DNA from: the human T2T-CHM13v2.0 reference genome, Homo sapiens | Length of the DNA stretch: 64,000 nucleotides | Direction: 5' to 3' (one strand) | Assembly: GCF_009914755.1 (NCBI RefSeq) | Contig: NC_060936.1 | The notes under the pieces: generated by a model | Told to the model about the DNA's origin: nothing | Databases searched by the model: none | The model's input: only the letters and a program-made list of their open reading frames with translations | Made by a program: the position numbers and the translations under genes | Part shown: positions 1 to 16,124 of the stretch, in pieces | Layout of the letters: every line of letters begins with the position of its first letter | Numbering within the stretch: the first letter of the stretch is position 1

Positions 1-872
1 AGATCCAGCAGAAATATGGAGGAAGGATGACACGAAGCCCAGGAAGAGTAATACATTTTTAAGAAAGGACGACAGGATGAGAGGTGCACAGAAAAAAGCT
101 TCCGAGTGGATGCCATCTCCTGATTACAATATGAATATTCTGGGGTTGTTAATTTTATAAAGTTATAACCACATCTTTATTACTAATCACATTGAACCTC
201 ACTAAGTATAAAGACAATGAATAGTAAATATGTATGCATTATAAATAACTGGAAAGCTCAATTAAGACAGGCCTTGAGCTTTATCTCAAGTGTCAATAAA
301 ATCAGACTTCCTTGGATCTGAAAGGGACAGTCATTCCAAAACTGAAACTCAGTGGGTGACAGGATGCCCACACCTCTTGGAGGAGGACAGAAAGGTTTGT
401 GGGCTGGTGTCAGATACAAGCTTGGCACCATCTTTGATTAGGAGCTAATGTTAGCAGAAAGATCAAGTGTCAGTCATGACCAGAGTTGTTTTCTACTATC
501 TTGAGAAGGTCACCGGATTGCTGCCCCTTCGTTTTTGAAACCTGATCTGGGGACCACAAACAGCCACAATGAATTGGATTACTGCCATGTGCTCTAAATT
601 GGGCTGACAAGGCTGACTCAGTGCCAGGAGTTGACACAGGATGCAGCTTGAAATATTCACTTGGGGAGAGGGTTGAGATTTCTTTTTAATTGTCAATGAT
701 GTTATTTGAAGAGATAGGATTGAATATGAACACTGAGGAGTGAAATAAATATTTGTCATGCACTTGGATAGAGAAGATCCACAAAGGTCAGAAAATTTTC
801 TGTGTTAAATTTTATGTTCTGGGGATTACTTGGCTATACTGGGAGGCTGCTGTTCCTTTTAAAAAGAGGTGA

Positions 873-1224
<352 letters not shown>

Positions 1225-3112
1225 TCAAATGTCCATAAAAAACAAAGGAAACTCCCTCTTATGTGCAAGGATATGTACAAACATAAACACAGTTTCTTTT
1301 ATTTGTATGTGAATTTGCAAGCAGCACCTCACTAGAGCTGAGCTTTTGTTATATAAATAAAGCCATCTGGTATATCCAAAGAATTTCAGTCTCTAGAGAA
1401 TAGGATCATAAACAATCGATCCTCCACAGACCTTTCAGTATTTTTGTTTGAGTAAAGTTTCCCACAGCTCTGCTTTAATTATTTTATCTGTTTTTAATCT
1501 TCTAAGGATTTTATAATTTATAATTAGCCATGTCTCTCCCTTCAGGTGTCATCCTCCCGTTCTCTCTGTCCTCCCTTTGGTTTAGATCTTCATTACTTCT
1601 CAGATGTCTCTTGTATTATTTTCCTGTCCATGTTTCCCTCTAATTTAATGTCTTTGTGTGAGTGCATAGGGAGAAAGTCTACTCCACCATTTTTTGGCAA
1701 TGTGAAGAACAGTGCATCCTTTAAGGCTTTTTGGTTAATGTATCATAAATAGATACTCAGATTAATAGAGTTTGGAAGAAGGAAGTATAGGATTCCATTT
1801 TTCTGATGGGAAAATGAAACATGGAGAGCTAAGTTCAAGGTCCCATGTCCCACAACTATTAACTGCTAAACATAATCCAGATTTTGTGAATCCCAGTTGA
1901 ATAATCTTTTACTCAACATTGTCTTTAACTTAATGTTTATTTTCTTTTAGGCATGGATATCAAGCATGCCTCTGAGTAAAACAAAGAGAATCCAGTCTTT
2001 GACCAATTGACCAAACAAGACCCAAGCAGCTGGGAAGTTTGTCAAGTCTCATAAGAATGAGGTTGGATTTTTTTTTCTTTAACTTCTCCTGCCCCCTTTA
2101 GCAAAAATTGTTTAGTACTAATTCATTTCTTGGAAGAAGTGAATTTCTAGGAAGCTTCTGAAATGACAATATAGTTATCTGAAAGACCAAAAGAGATAGA
2201 TTGCAAAACTCATATTACTGAATGTTGGGGCAGTTTAACACTAATGCCTGAGCCCCATACCTAGAAAGTAGAATTTCATTGGCCTAGATGGGGCTCTCCA
2301 AGATAAATCGAAATATGCAGGCTAAGTTTGAGAATGACTATTTGATGCACCTGGAGCATATCATTCACAAGGACAGCAGGTCTACAGATTCTCATCTTTC
2401 TCCTAGGGTGGTCTTCTTTGCGCAGGAGTAATTTGAAGTGAAACCAAGAAATCAGTTAGCTATACGGGAGGAAGCTCTGGAGGGACAGAAAACAGCTGGA
2501 TGTAATAAGAAGACTCACTCCAAACTGGTTTCTACTTTGTCAGACTTGACTAGACCTCCATGGTAGCTTGGGTGACTGGAAGTGGGAGACATAGGTTGAC
2601 AGGATCTCCTGACCCTGACCACAGCATCTCCGGCCCCATTTTTGTAGCCGGCTGAAATATTACAGATATTGCATTTTAATTAGGATACATAGCAATGCAG
2701 TAGTTTTTATGATTTATTTTGGCACATGATGGCATTAATAGCAAATTGTATTTGGATGTGACTTTTAGGCTGCTTTATGCATGCTTATCACTGATACTTG
2801 CTGAGTCATTTGTTTGGGAACAGGATGTGCTGTGCATCTTAACTGATAGATGAAAGAGCTTCCCCAGTCCGGTAAAACGCAGATTTTAATTAGCACAATT
2901 TTAAAATATTTTAATGCTTAGAAGCCATAAAATAAATTCAAAGAAGCACAACAAAATAATTAAAGCTGAGTTCTACCTTTTCTTTTGGACACCAAGATAT
3001 CACTGGTATCAAATCACTGTTTGCCATTTGGGAAGAACCTATTCACAGCTTTATCTTTTGCCAAAACCGTGGGCAAAGTGAACACTGACATCTCAGTTTA
3101 AGAGTGAATCCA

Positions 3113-3461
<349 letters not shown>

Positions 3462-3724
3462 TTAAAAATAGTTCTTCCTTTACTTTGTAGTTCATGCTTT
3501 TCCCAGAGTGGTACAGAGGAATTTAAATAATGTTGCAGCTAACAGGGAAAGGCCAACCTTTCCACCTCAGGCAGGCGAATTCACTGATTAGGCTTTCTGT
3601 TATTGCAGAGGAGTGGGATGGGAACAGACAGGAGTAGTGTAACCCATAGGCCTTAGACCACCTTCTCTTTACCTTCTAGGATAGATCAAACCTGGCCATA
3701 TGACATCTTCAAATTTATTTTTCA

Positions 3725-4055
<331 letters not shown>

Positions 4056-5833
4056 TTATTGAATACTGTCCAGATAATGTTTTGGAACAAGGCAGAGACG
4101 AGCTAAGTGAATTTTTATAAACCATATACTGTATTTCTTAATATATTCACATTTACTCAAAATAACCAAATATGATTACATTTTATAAAGTTTTATTCTG
4201 TTATTTGTCCTTTAAAATAAGAATGCAATATTTAAACAGTTGGCCTCTTACTGGGACAGAATATTGAGAATTTATTGACAACAGGTGGTGTTAAACTAGT
4301 GTTATACCAATTACATTGTAACAGAAAGAATGATGGCTGGGGATCAGCAAGCGTAAGGCAGTCCTGGGCTCAGCTTTGCTGCTCACTAGCTCTCTGACTT
4401 TGGACAAATCATCTCGCTCTCTTGTGAATGGCAAGAGAGGAACTAGAGACTGCTGTACCAGCTTTACATACTGTGGTGCATTAGATGAGATTTATATTTT
4501 ATTGAAATATCACTTAGAATTCTAAGCGATATTTCATTCAATTTTGCTTTCAAGAAATCCATATTCACTTATAAGTTATTACATTAGCTATCCCTTAGAA
4601 GAATCGTATTTTCATCTCAAGAATATGTAGAACATTGTGAAAGAGGTATCAAGACTGATCCTAACCACTGTTGTTGTTTTCCTCCTCTTCTTTCCCTGAC
4701 TTGTGTAACTTCCATGTTTGGATACATTGTTTTGTCACTCTTGAATACCTACAGGACATATGGCAAACTTTTTGATGAGATCAGTAGGACAAGTCAGACC
4801 TCAGAGCAAAACTTTCTGCTCAGCAGTTGTTTCTGTTCTCATACACTTTGCTGTGTGGTTCATTTTCTAACTCTGACAAAACCAGTGCAGTTCTAGGAGG
4901 GGCCCCGCCTGCTGGTCCGGTCATGGTCAACTACCCTGCCCTGACTGAGATGGCCATAGCCTAAGATCAGGCAGGGACCCCTCCTCCCCATGGAATTCTC
5001 TTCCAGCTTCTTATTCCTAGCCCCCTTTCTTTGCTCTCACCGTGTGATCTGACTTTCTCACAGAAGTTTGTGGGAAAATAGAGGCTATGTTTGCCCTCCA
5101 TGTGGTTAAAAGTGAATTTCCATGCTGGAAACATTGCTTCACTAAAATAAGGTCCTAGATTTTACATAAAAAAAGGAATTTTCTCCAAGATGCTGTGAAG
5201 CATTACCCAACTGCCACTCTGGTCACTAAAAATAAAAATAGCATGCTGTCTTAACAGGCAAGTCTTTTTGGAGAAAAATGCTGTGTAATTCTAAGTGAAA
5301 AAGAACATGAGTATTTTTGTCCAATGTCTTCGTATATTTAGGGGAAATACCTGTCAAATTAAAAAAATTCTGATAATTGATGAAAATGATTAAGACCTAG
5401 TAAGTGGTTGTTAGAAATCATTTTTTAAATCATAAAAATCCCAGAAGTAAGTACCGTGAGTATATAGTATGTACCCAAATATTTCATGAAAAAATAAAGG
5501 TTACTACTCAGATAATCTTTGGCTGAAACTAAGAGATGAGGGAAATATCCTCTTCATTCTTACATAGTATGGGCTCATTGAAAATACTAAAAAAAAAACC
5601 GAATCAGTTGAATTTGAGAAAATTGTGGAATTTTTTAGCAAGATTTGGAACATTGAACATCTAGATTAGGCTCCCTAAGTCCCTTCAATTGGACAATATA
5701 AAATGTCCTCTAGATGGAGCAGCAGGCTTTTTCTTTAAGACAAAGAATTCTTATTTTTGTGAAAGGAACTTCAGAACTTCATTTTAAACAGAACATAATT
5801 TAAAGAACCTTATTCTTAAGAATAAGGTAAGCA

Positions 5834-6136
<303 letters not shown>

Positions 6137-8304
6137 AATAAGGTTAGCATATATTATTGGGAATATCCATTCTTTGATGAAGGAAATGTTATATTTCAGA
6201 CAATGTAACTTATCCTCATATATGCTGGAGTAAAATGCATTTGATTTAAAAGTTTTCCAAGTGAGATTCACTGAGTTTTGGAGGCTTGCGGTACATGTGC
6301 AAGAGCCAGGAAGCTATGGATGTTCTTTAAAGATGTGAGTATAACTGAGAGGGAGGAATGGTGAGGACTGAGAATGACAAGGGTTAAGGAAAGTCCTTTT
6401 GTTTAGACAGAAACATTTTCCAAAGATGGTTTCAGTGTCTGCCTAAATTGGATTTGTGAATGTGAAATATAGAAAGCTTGAAGTCATCTGACACATCCGC
6501 CTCATTTTACAAAAGAAGATGCCAAGACCCAGAGAAGTAGCTGTCATTCTGTTGTATCAGTGGAGTTAGTGATGGCACAGAACAAAATTGGATAAGCAGT
6601 GTAGTGGACCTTTGTTGTTTTAGCTGCCTCTGACTAACAACACTGATTTTCTTTTGGGAATTATACTCCTCCAAGTGTATGGAATCTTGGAAAGCTAATA
6701 AAGGAAGCCGAGGGGTCCCTAGATACTCCTGTATAGCCAAACGTTAGGCATGTGACCTAGTCAGGCACTCGAGGGACTTCAGATCTTCAGCAGAGTTTTT
6801 ATAAGGAAATATGAAACAGTTGGAATTCATTTATTTTAGATGATAGCCTAATATTCATTTTACTAAGTATGATTCTTCAACCTTCCTGCTAGTTCTGTGG
6901 GATCTCCAATAACCCAATAATTCCCCTTTTTGCTTAATGCTTGGGCAGAGTTAGTTTCTTCCGATACTTGCAACCAAAGAACCTTGAGAAACTCCCTAGC
7001 CCATCAATGAAGCAAGACCTTCTAATTGCAAATTTAAATCACCCAACAGAATCACCATAAGTCACCAAGAGTAATATAAGACTTATTCATATAGGGAAAA
7101 TAAACACACTCTAATTCCATAACCAAAAACATAATCAGAATATTATGCTCTAATTCTTTTGAGTCATGACAAATTTTCAATTATAGAAAGAAGAATCTGA
7201 CAATACTGCTGTAATAAACATTTGTTGACTAAATGAGAAAAAGTTTTCCATTATATAACATTATACTAGAGAGCGCTCTAAAATATATTTAATGTAGCAC
7301 TTACATTTATTTTTTCTGATTATAAAAGTAATACTGATTTATTTTGCCCAGATTTATCTTAAATATTAAAATTTAAAAAAATAAACTTTCGCTTGTTTTC
7401 CTATTAGAAATCAGAAAAGGGGCAAATAAATACCAAACTGGAAACATTGTACAAGCCACAAGCCATATGATATTTGAATCAGACTAAAATAACAGTGGAA
7501 TAATGAGTTATTTACAATTTTTTTCCCTTTCAAATTCCTTCTCAAAAAGCATTTGACTTAACCCTATTACTTAGAAAAAGTGTTGCAAAAGCCTCATTTT
7601 AAAAAAATGTAATTCCTTTTAATGTACCCAGCAAGTGGACCCTCCCTCCCTCTCTCCCTTTTTAATATCTCAGAATACAATTTTTAAAAGGGAGCTTGAT
7701 GTTTATAAGTTTCTTTAGGCTATTATAACTAATCTTTGGAATGATTCAACATTATGTGATTTATAAACTGAAAAGTCTCATATGTCAACAATGAAATCTA
7801 CTAGAAACAGGCCATTCTTATCTTAATAGCATTTTAAGACAGAATTTGCAGTTTGGCTCAGCTTAGCAAGGCAGGGAAAAGAATGGTTAACAGCCTGAGA
7901 GCATGCACACTGACGTTCAGTAGTGAGCCAGCAGAGGGCTTTTCTGTACTTGCAAAAAGCAACTTGTTAATGGCAGATTCCTAGCTCAATTGAAGAATGA
8001 TTACTTTATGGAATATAAGGTCATGCTAAAGGGAAATCAATTTCCTATACACAAGGTAAATAAAAATAAAATAGGCTGGTTAGTAGAATGAAAGCAGACA
8101 AGGAGTTAAAATAGGCTGGTTAGTAGAATGAAGCTTATATGATTTAATTCAGCCTAATATTTGACTTATTAATGAGCCATCTTTTTGAAGATCACAATGT
8201 GTATTACTCAGATAGAAGTCCAGGTAAAAACTTATCAGTCTGTGGGGCCCACTCAAGTTAGATTTTGATATAGACAATGCCCTATCATGGCTCTTTAAGG
8301 GTCA

Positions 8305-8511
8305 CAGTGGTGTGCTGGAGCCAGCTCCTGGTGGCTCCTGAATGCCCATTATTAAATTTGGAGGAATTTTGTGAGCCGGTTGAAATCACATTAGTAGCTT
8401 AAAATTGGCCATAGTGGGAGTATTTATACCATGGACATCTGCAAACACTACAAAGTAGGGTCCTCCCCTTTCCCCAGTGGAGGTTGTTAAACGGTTACCA
8501 GAATATCACTG
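8305..8511. mobile_element. MER63-like non-autonomous hAT DNA transposon
   Basis: About 207 bp with imperfect terminal inverted repeats CAGTGGTGTGCTGG ... CCAGAATATCACTG. Confidence 0.7.
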
Positions 8512-9419
8512 AACATAACAAAAAAGGGGATTTTCTTGAGAACTGTGTCATCTAAAATCATGAATACATTCTCATGCCTGTTCATGCCTGTCTTGTCCAG
8601 CCCAGCTGGTATGCAAAAAATCATCCTTGAAGGTTTGATTTCATCTTTCAAATATTGGGAGTTCAATCTGGCTCTTTCTCTACTAATAAGTGAGTGGGGT
8701 CTGGAGGTGGATTCTGGAGCCACTAGTGTTTGCTGTGCAGGTGGATGAGATGGGGAGCATCTTGGTGTGTCTGTGAGCCTTGGTGTATCCATGAACATTG
8801 AGCTACAGTCCCCCTCCTTTTCTCCATTGCTTAATTTGTACCCTCTGTTTAAAATGCAGTCAATGCAATTTTTCCCAGGGACAGTTATCCTATCTACAGC
8901 CTTTCAACTATGCACCTTACATGACATCTATCATTGTTGATGTGATAATATTGTTATTTATAAATGTAGACGGGGTCTCAGATTTATTAACGCTACACTA
9001 AGATGTACAATGAACAATTAGGTTTTTATTTTTATTTTTCTGTAGTTGACCTTATGACTGTCATTCACTGCTCTGTTTGGATGACTTAGGTAAATGTCTT
9101 TCAGAATTCCAGTCCTTTGCCTGCTGGCCCCTAGGTGTGGGAAGTGGAGGGGGTTTCACTTGTTCTTGTCTGTCTTAGGGAGACTGGTTCTTCCACCTGG
9201 ACATCGTTCCCCGGAGGCATGTTGGTCTCTGCTGCAGGTGTCTGCTCTGGGCTTCTCCTTAGGCTGAGGACCTTTGCTATACAAATGGTCTTCTCCCTAG
9301 GGCTCTGCTGATATCTGCAGCTGCTGATGAAAGCCACTGTAACCCCTGCTTTGTTCCAGTTATTTTCTCTGATGATTTAGGGCTCTATATCAGCTCTTAC
9401 TGGCTTTGTGAGAAGTCTA

Positions 9420-10156
9420 ACTGGATTTCCTCCTCTAGGCCAGGGCCTTCCAAATTTAACCTGAGACTGGTTAAGGCCATGAGGGGAAGGGGGTGGTCGG
9501 ACATGCCTCATTATGCCCTCCTCCATTTTATAATTCAGGAAAAGCCAACCAGTACTTAACATCAATACACACCTTAAGTCTGATAAGAAACATTTACAAT
9601 CTATTTTCTCTGAAGCCTGCTACCTGGAGGCTTCATTGGCATGATACAACTTTGGTGTCCACAACCTCTTATGTAATCTGGGCATTCCTTTCTATTGATA
9701 ATAACTCTTTCAGCCAATTGCCAATCAGAAAAATTTTAAATCTACCTATAACTTGGTAGCCCGCCATTTCAAGTTGTCCCACCTTTCTGGACTGCACCAA
9801 TGTATATCTTAAATGTATTTGATTGATGGCTCATGTCTCCCTAAAATGTATAAAACCAAGCTTTGTCTCAACCACCTTGTGTACCTGTTCTCAGGGTCTC
9901 CTGAGGGCTGTGTCATGGCCATGGTCACTCATATTTGGCCCAGCCTCCCAAGTGGCTGGGACTACAGGCACCTGCCACCATGCCCGGCTAATTTTTGCAT
10001 TTTAGTAGAGACAGGGTTTCACCATGTTGGCCAGGCTGGTCTTGAACTCCCGACCTCAAGTCTCCCAAAGTGCTGAGATTACAGGTATGAGCCACCGTGC
10101 CTGGCCAGAATAAATCTTTTTAAATAATTTATAGAGTTCGGCTATTTTTGTCAACA
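9420..10156 (+). mobile_element. MER4-family ERV1 LTR, interrupted by an Alu fragment
   Basis: MER4-like blocks (CTGAAGCCTGCTACCTGGAGGCTTCAT; GGCCATGGTCACTCATATTTGGC...AGAATAAATC...TCAACA end). The 5' boundary is approximate. Confidence 0.75.
9941..10106 (-). mobile_element. Tail-less Alu fragment (left arm plus part of right arm)
   Basis: Antisense Alu sequence with no poly(T) and a short internal deletion near 10060. Confidence 0.85.
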
Positions 10157-10903
10157 CCACTGAAATCTGTCTATGAATCCCTGACCATGCTATTCAGCCT
10201 GCAGACTTCTGCTACCGAGGTGATTCTTAATTCAGAGGCCCTCTTACAGCTCTGAAGCAGAGGCAGGAAAGCCGATTCCACAAAAGGCACTCTAATGGCA
10301 GAAACAAAGTATGGATAAGCAAAGAGATGAGTCGAGTTCAGCTCTCCAAGGCAGCCCGCAGAGGCGTGTGGTGGCATCTTTCTCCTTCCCACAGTCCCTC
10401 TGGATGTGAGCGATGGGGTTGAACTCCATTCTCCTCTTTCCTCACTGGGGACTCTATCGTATGAAACCCTAAGATCTAGTCCCTCAATCTTTCCTCTTAA
10501 TATGTACAAGGGGGACATAAGTAGTATAAAAATTTCTTTCTTTGGCTTTCAAACTTTCTATTTTTTTTTTACAGGTAAAATACTTCATTTTGTATGTTTG
10601 AAGCTGATTATTATATATTCCTTTCTTCCTCTTTGTTTTCTGGCCAAAATCATCTAAATCCCCAAGGAAGATTTGTGGGAGCAGGCCACAAGAAATTGCA
10701 AAAGAGAAGGACATATTGATATACTTAAAATATTCTCCCCGTTACATATGCTTAACTTCTCTCACCCCCTGGAGTAGAAGCTTTTTCAGAGAAGTCTCTT
10801 CTGCTGTTCAAGAATGGTTCTCTTTTGAGTATCCTCTTTTATCTGTGTCTTCAATATCTCCCTATTTGTGGTAAGCTTCCTATCAGTTTAAAAATAATTA
10901 CCT

Positions 10904-11219
<316 letters not shown>

Positions 11220-11259
11220 CTAAATAAATAAACAAAACAACTCTCCATGGACTTCACAT

Positions 11260-12170
11260 CTATCCAAACCTGAATCTTCTCTGATGTTTCCTATCTCAGT
11301 AAATGACATCACCATCAACTTAATTAGTTGTGCCAGAAAACATTATCCTTTACATCTTCTTTCACCTCATGCCCCATGCCTGATTAACTAGCAAATTCTA
11401 TTACTCTGTTTCTGAAATCTGTTTTGAATTAGTTTCTTTTCTCAATTCCATACCTTCCATCCTAGACCAAATAGCTATCATCTCTTGTGAACTACAGTGG
11501 TTTCCTGTGGCTGTTTTCCTCCATTTAGCCTTGTTCTCCTTGAATACTGAGTGATCTTGAAATTAAAATATACATAACCTGTAATATGCGTGTGCATATT
11601 TATGTGCAATATATTTGTATATGTGTACATATATGCATGCACACAATCCTGTTTATATTACTCCTTTGCTTCAAACTTGCCTTTAGCTTCTGTTATTGGG
11701 ATGAAGTTCAAAATCTTACAATGGCCCAAAGCACTTGAATGACCTCACTTTGCTATACCCACATCCCAGCCTTGTGCAATTCTCTCCCTAGCTTACTTTG
11801 CTCCAGTCACAGTAGGTCTTCTATTTCCTCAAACCTACCATGCTTTTTCCTTCTTAAAACATTGACATAAGCTATTTTCTCTGCTTAGTAGAATCTTGGT
11901 TCTCTGGCTAACTCCAGTTCTCAGTTTAAAACCCTTTCCTAGAAGACCTTCTAGATCCTCCCCTTTCCTGCAAGGCCCTTTCAGGGCATCTTGTATTTTT
12001 CTTTAATAACACACAATTGCAGTTGAATGATTATTTTTATCATGATTTTAATGTTGTTTTCCTCACTGAATTGTAATCTTTGAAGAGAGAGGCCATCTTA
12101 TTCATTGAGCTATTTCTTCTGCTTATCAATGGAATAATAGTGCCCATTGAATTAGTTTAATAGATGATTT
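11260..12170 (+). mobile_element. Degenerate L2 3' region
   Basis: L2-like pyrimidine-rich blocks (CCTATCTCAGTAAATGACATCACCATC...). Boundaries approximate. Confidence 0.5.
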
Positions 12171-13803
12171 GTGTAAGTTTTATTTGTATAGAATTCATAC
12201 CATCTAATGTATGGTTTTACTCATAATAAATATCTCAGAACTTATATTAATAATTATTAATAATTTTCATGATCACTTGTCTTTTTCTCTCTGCCTGCTT
12301 CTAGGAGTCTCTGTTCTCTCTTGTCTATATGAAAAGAGACCTTTGTGAGATATTTGTGTGCAGCTGCATGCAATGTAGCTCAAACCAGGAGGAAAGCCAG
12401 ATGCTGGATGCTGAATTGCAGCACATTACTATCAGATAGCTTTAAACAAAATGACACTGGAAACTTAATGAATCTCAATTGCTTACAGGATCAAGTCCAT
12501 ACAAATTAGTTGAAACATAGGGCTTTGTATCATCTGAACTTTTCCTCCCTTTCTAATCTCATTTCCCATTACACTTCACCCCATGTTCCAATCCTTCCCA
12601 CTGAGCTCTATAAGCACATCAGGAAAAGGAGATGACCATTGGCATCATCATTATCATCATTGTCACTAACAATATTTACTAAGCATTAATCTAGGTCAAA
12701 TACTGCATGTGAGCCTGTGGGGAAATATAAAGATGCATAAATCAAGATCCCAGCTCTTAATCACCTATAAACCTAGTAGAAGTGACAGGTATACACATGA
12801 AAGATAAATAGGAATATAAATTAATTAAATTGTAAGTGCCAAGGAGTAGTTAAGAGTGGGAGCACAATTTCCTAAGATGTGAAATAGTGCTCTGCCTTAG
12901 GTTTATGTGTCCACAAATAAATGTGACTATGGAGAAACAAGGAAAGGTAAGGAGGGGATATTTAATGTTCCACTTTTCTCTATGAAGCAATTCCTGTGAT
13001 TTTGTCCATTGCTTTTGTACTCCCCTTCTCCTTCATCTTCAAAGCTATTGTAACTGCAACCTGAATTCATAATACAAATGAATAGATATTTTTCAATGAT
13101 TGAGAACCCTCATCCAAGACTCCTTGAGCCCTTGGCTTGTGAACTTGGGAGATGTCATTTTACAAGCTCAAATATATTAGCTTGACCTGTGGAGGGCAAT
13201 GCTTAGATTCATCCACATGGAGGAGTTAGCTTCGTCTATTGGATTGAGGACATGCACAAAAACACTGAGCAAGAAGAGGCTTTGGTAACTCTGCTTTCCC
13301 CAGGGTCTTACAGCAGAGGCATACATTAATTTGTTCAGTCAACAAATATTTTTGAAATACTGTGTTCAGTAATGAGGAAAAGAAGATATTATAATGTGTG
13401 TCATGCCCTCAAAAATTCATAGCAGGTAAGATGGACTCATACAGAAATAAATATATAATATACTATGATGAGAAAAATGGCAGTGGTATGAATGATCTAC
13501 ATCACAGAGAAGGCTGAACACTTTGGCAATGGAGGACGCCTACACCAAAAGGATAATGTTTAAATTTAATCTAGAAGAGAAGCAAGAAATAGCTTTGCTC
13601 TGGTGGAAAAATACAGTAGGTATTGGTGCCCCTTTGCCTACAGAGATGCCACAACCCTGTGGCACCTCCCATCTGTTTTCCCAGAGGTAGTAGCCCTTAG
13701 GCATAACCTATGGAGGCAAGTGGAACTGGATGCTTTCTTCTAGGCCTGGGGAATTATTTTTCTTGCCAAAGAAACCTCTTTGAGGTTGTTTCTGGTTGGA
13801 GTC

Positions 13804-14206
13804 TGTGTTGGTCTGTTTTGCATTTTTATAAAGGAATACCTGAGACTGGGCAATTTACAAAGAAAAGAGGCTTATTTCGCTCTTGGTTTTTCAGGCTGTA
13901 CAAGAAGTGTGGTGCCAGTATCTGCTTCTGGTGAGGGCCTCAGGAAGCTTCCAATCATGGTGGAAGGTGTAGGGGGAGCAGGACTGTCACATAGCGAGAG
14001 AGGGAGCAAGAGAGCGAGGTGGGGAGATGCGAGACACCTTTTAGCAACCAGATCTCATGGTAACTCATTACCACAGGGAGGGCACAAAGTGATTCATGAA
14101 GGGTCTGTTCCCCATGACCCAAACAATTCTGACTAGGCCCTGCATCCAACATTGGAGGTCACATTTAAACATGATTTTGGAGGGGACAAACATCCAAACC
14201 CCATTA
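13804..14206. mobile_element. MST (MSTB-like) ERVL-MaLR solo LTR
   Basis: Typical MST sequence (GAATACCTGAGACTGGG..., GGCCTCAGGAAGCTT..., GGGGACAAACATCCAAAC); 5-bp TSD GAGTC at 13799-13803 and 14207-14211. Confidence 0.85.
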
Positions 14207-14780
14207 GAGTCCTCTCCACATGTTTCCTCATTCTCTTGGACTAGTGGCTACCCAGGACATATACTTCTAATGGATTTCATAAATGAAAGAGAACCATCCA
14301 AAACTCTCAATCACATAGCAAGCCTCTGCAGAAGTTATGCCTGCTATCATTACACTGGCCAGAGAAAGTCAGTTGGCCAATTCAAACATCAACAAGCAGG
14401 GAAAATATAATTTTTCTACCTCACTAGGAGGTATAATAAAGGTACCTAGAAGAGCAAAGGCATATCTATAATTCTATGTCAGGGAGGCAATGAATGAAGA
14501 ACTGGGAATAATAACCTAATCAATCCAAAAGCATTCCTGCCTGCTGCTGTCTGCATTCTACCATCTGATTCTTAAATGAATGCTTTTATCCTGAAGCCAC
14601 TCAGTGCCAAAAAGAGCCTGACAGATCTCCAATCCTGTCAGAACTTCCCTGTGTCATTGAAGTTTCCCTGACTCCCACCAATAGAGCACTTAATAGAAAT
14701 CTAACTCACAGGTTCTCTTAGTTCTGACTCCTCATAGCAGAAGAGTGAGCTGGACTCAGCAGAAGGCTTGGTGGTATTGA

Positions 14781-15260
<480 letters not shown>

Positions 15261-15691
15261 TAAATGGATGATTTGGGAACCTTGGATTAGTAGACCCCCA
15301 TCTAATTCATAGTACCCCTCAGCAGAAGGACATGTTATTAGTCAGGGTTCTCCAGAGAAACAGAACCAAGAGTTACTGGATAGAGGTAGTCATGGGAACC
15401 ACCGCTTGTCTTTGCTTCCTTCTGAACATCTGCTCCATTCTCCTACTTCTTTCTGCAGAATAGCTCTTTTTTTGGTTATTTAATAGCATGCACATGACTA
15501 AAAAATAGTTGCCATCTCCACTTCTGCTGGACCACAAAGCTCCAGGGCCCACAACCTTATGTCAACACATGACCTTTATCCCTGTGATTTACATTTCAAT
15601 ACCTGAGAATGAGAATTAGATAAGTGTTAGGACTACTAATATGTTATTTTGCTTAGCATCAAGTGCCTATTCCTGGTGGCCAGAGTGTGAA

Positions 15692-16124
15692 TGCATTCAT
15701 TTTCTTTACTGCTGTAACAAATTACCACAAATTTAATAGCTTAAAACAATGGAAAATTATCTTATAGATCTGGATACCAGGAGGCTGAAATAGGTTTCAC
15801 TGGGCTAACATCAAGAGGTTGGCAGGACTGTATTTGTCTGGAAGCTGTAGTGGAGAATCTGTTTTTGCCTTTTCTAGCTTCTAGAAGGTGTATGCCTCAT
15901 TTCTGACTGCTTTTTCCATCTTCAAATTTTTTTTTTTTCACTTATAAGGACCCTTTATCTGGCCCACACTTATAATCCAGGATAATCTCCCCATCTTGAA
16001 ATCCTTAATCATATCTGTAAAGGCTGTTTTGTTATGTTAAGTAAAATTCACAGATTCTGGAAATTAAGACACAGACATCTTTGTTGAGGGGGTGGAGGGC
16101 AGCACCATTATTCCACCAATCATA
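15692..16124. mobile_element. MLT1 (ERVL-MaLR) solo LTR
   Basis: CTGCTGTAACAAATTACCACAAA...ATAATCCAGGATAATCTCCCCATC...TTCACAGATTCTGG motifs. Confidence 0.7.

Noticed and set aside
8067-8132. CRISPR-like repeat-spacer-repeat
   Set aside because: Only two copies, a 14-nt spacer, a eukaryotic intron and no cas genes.
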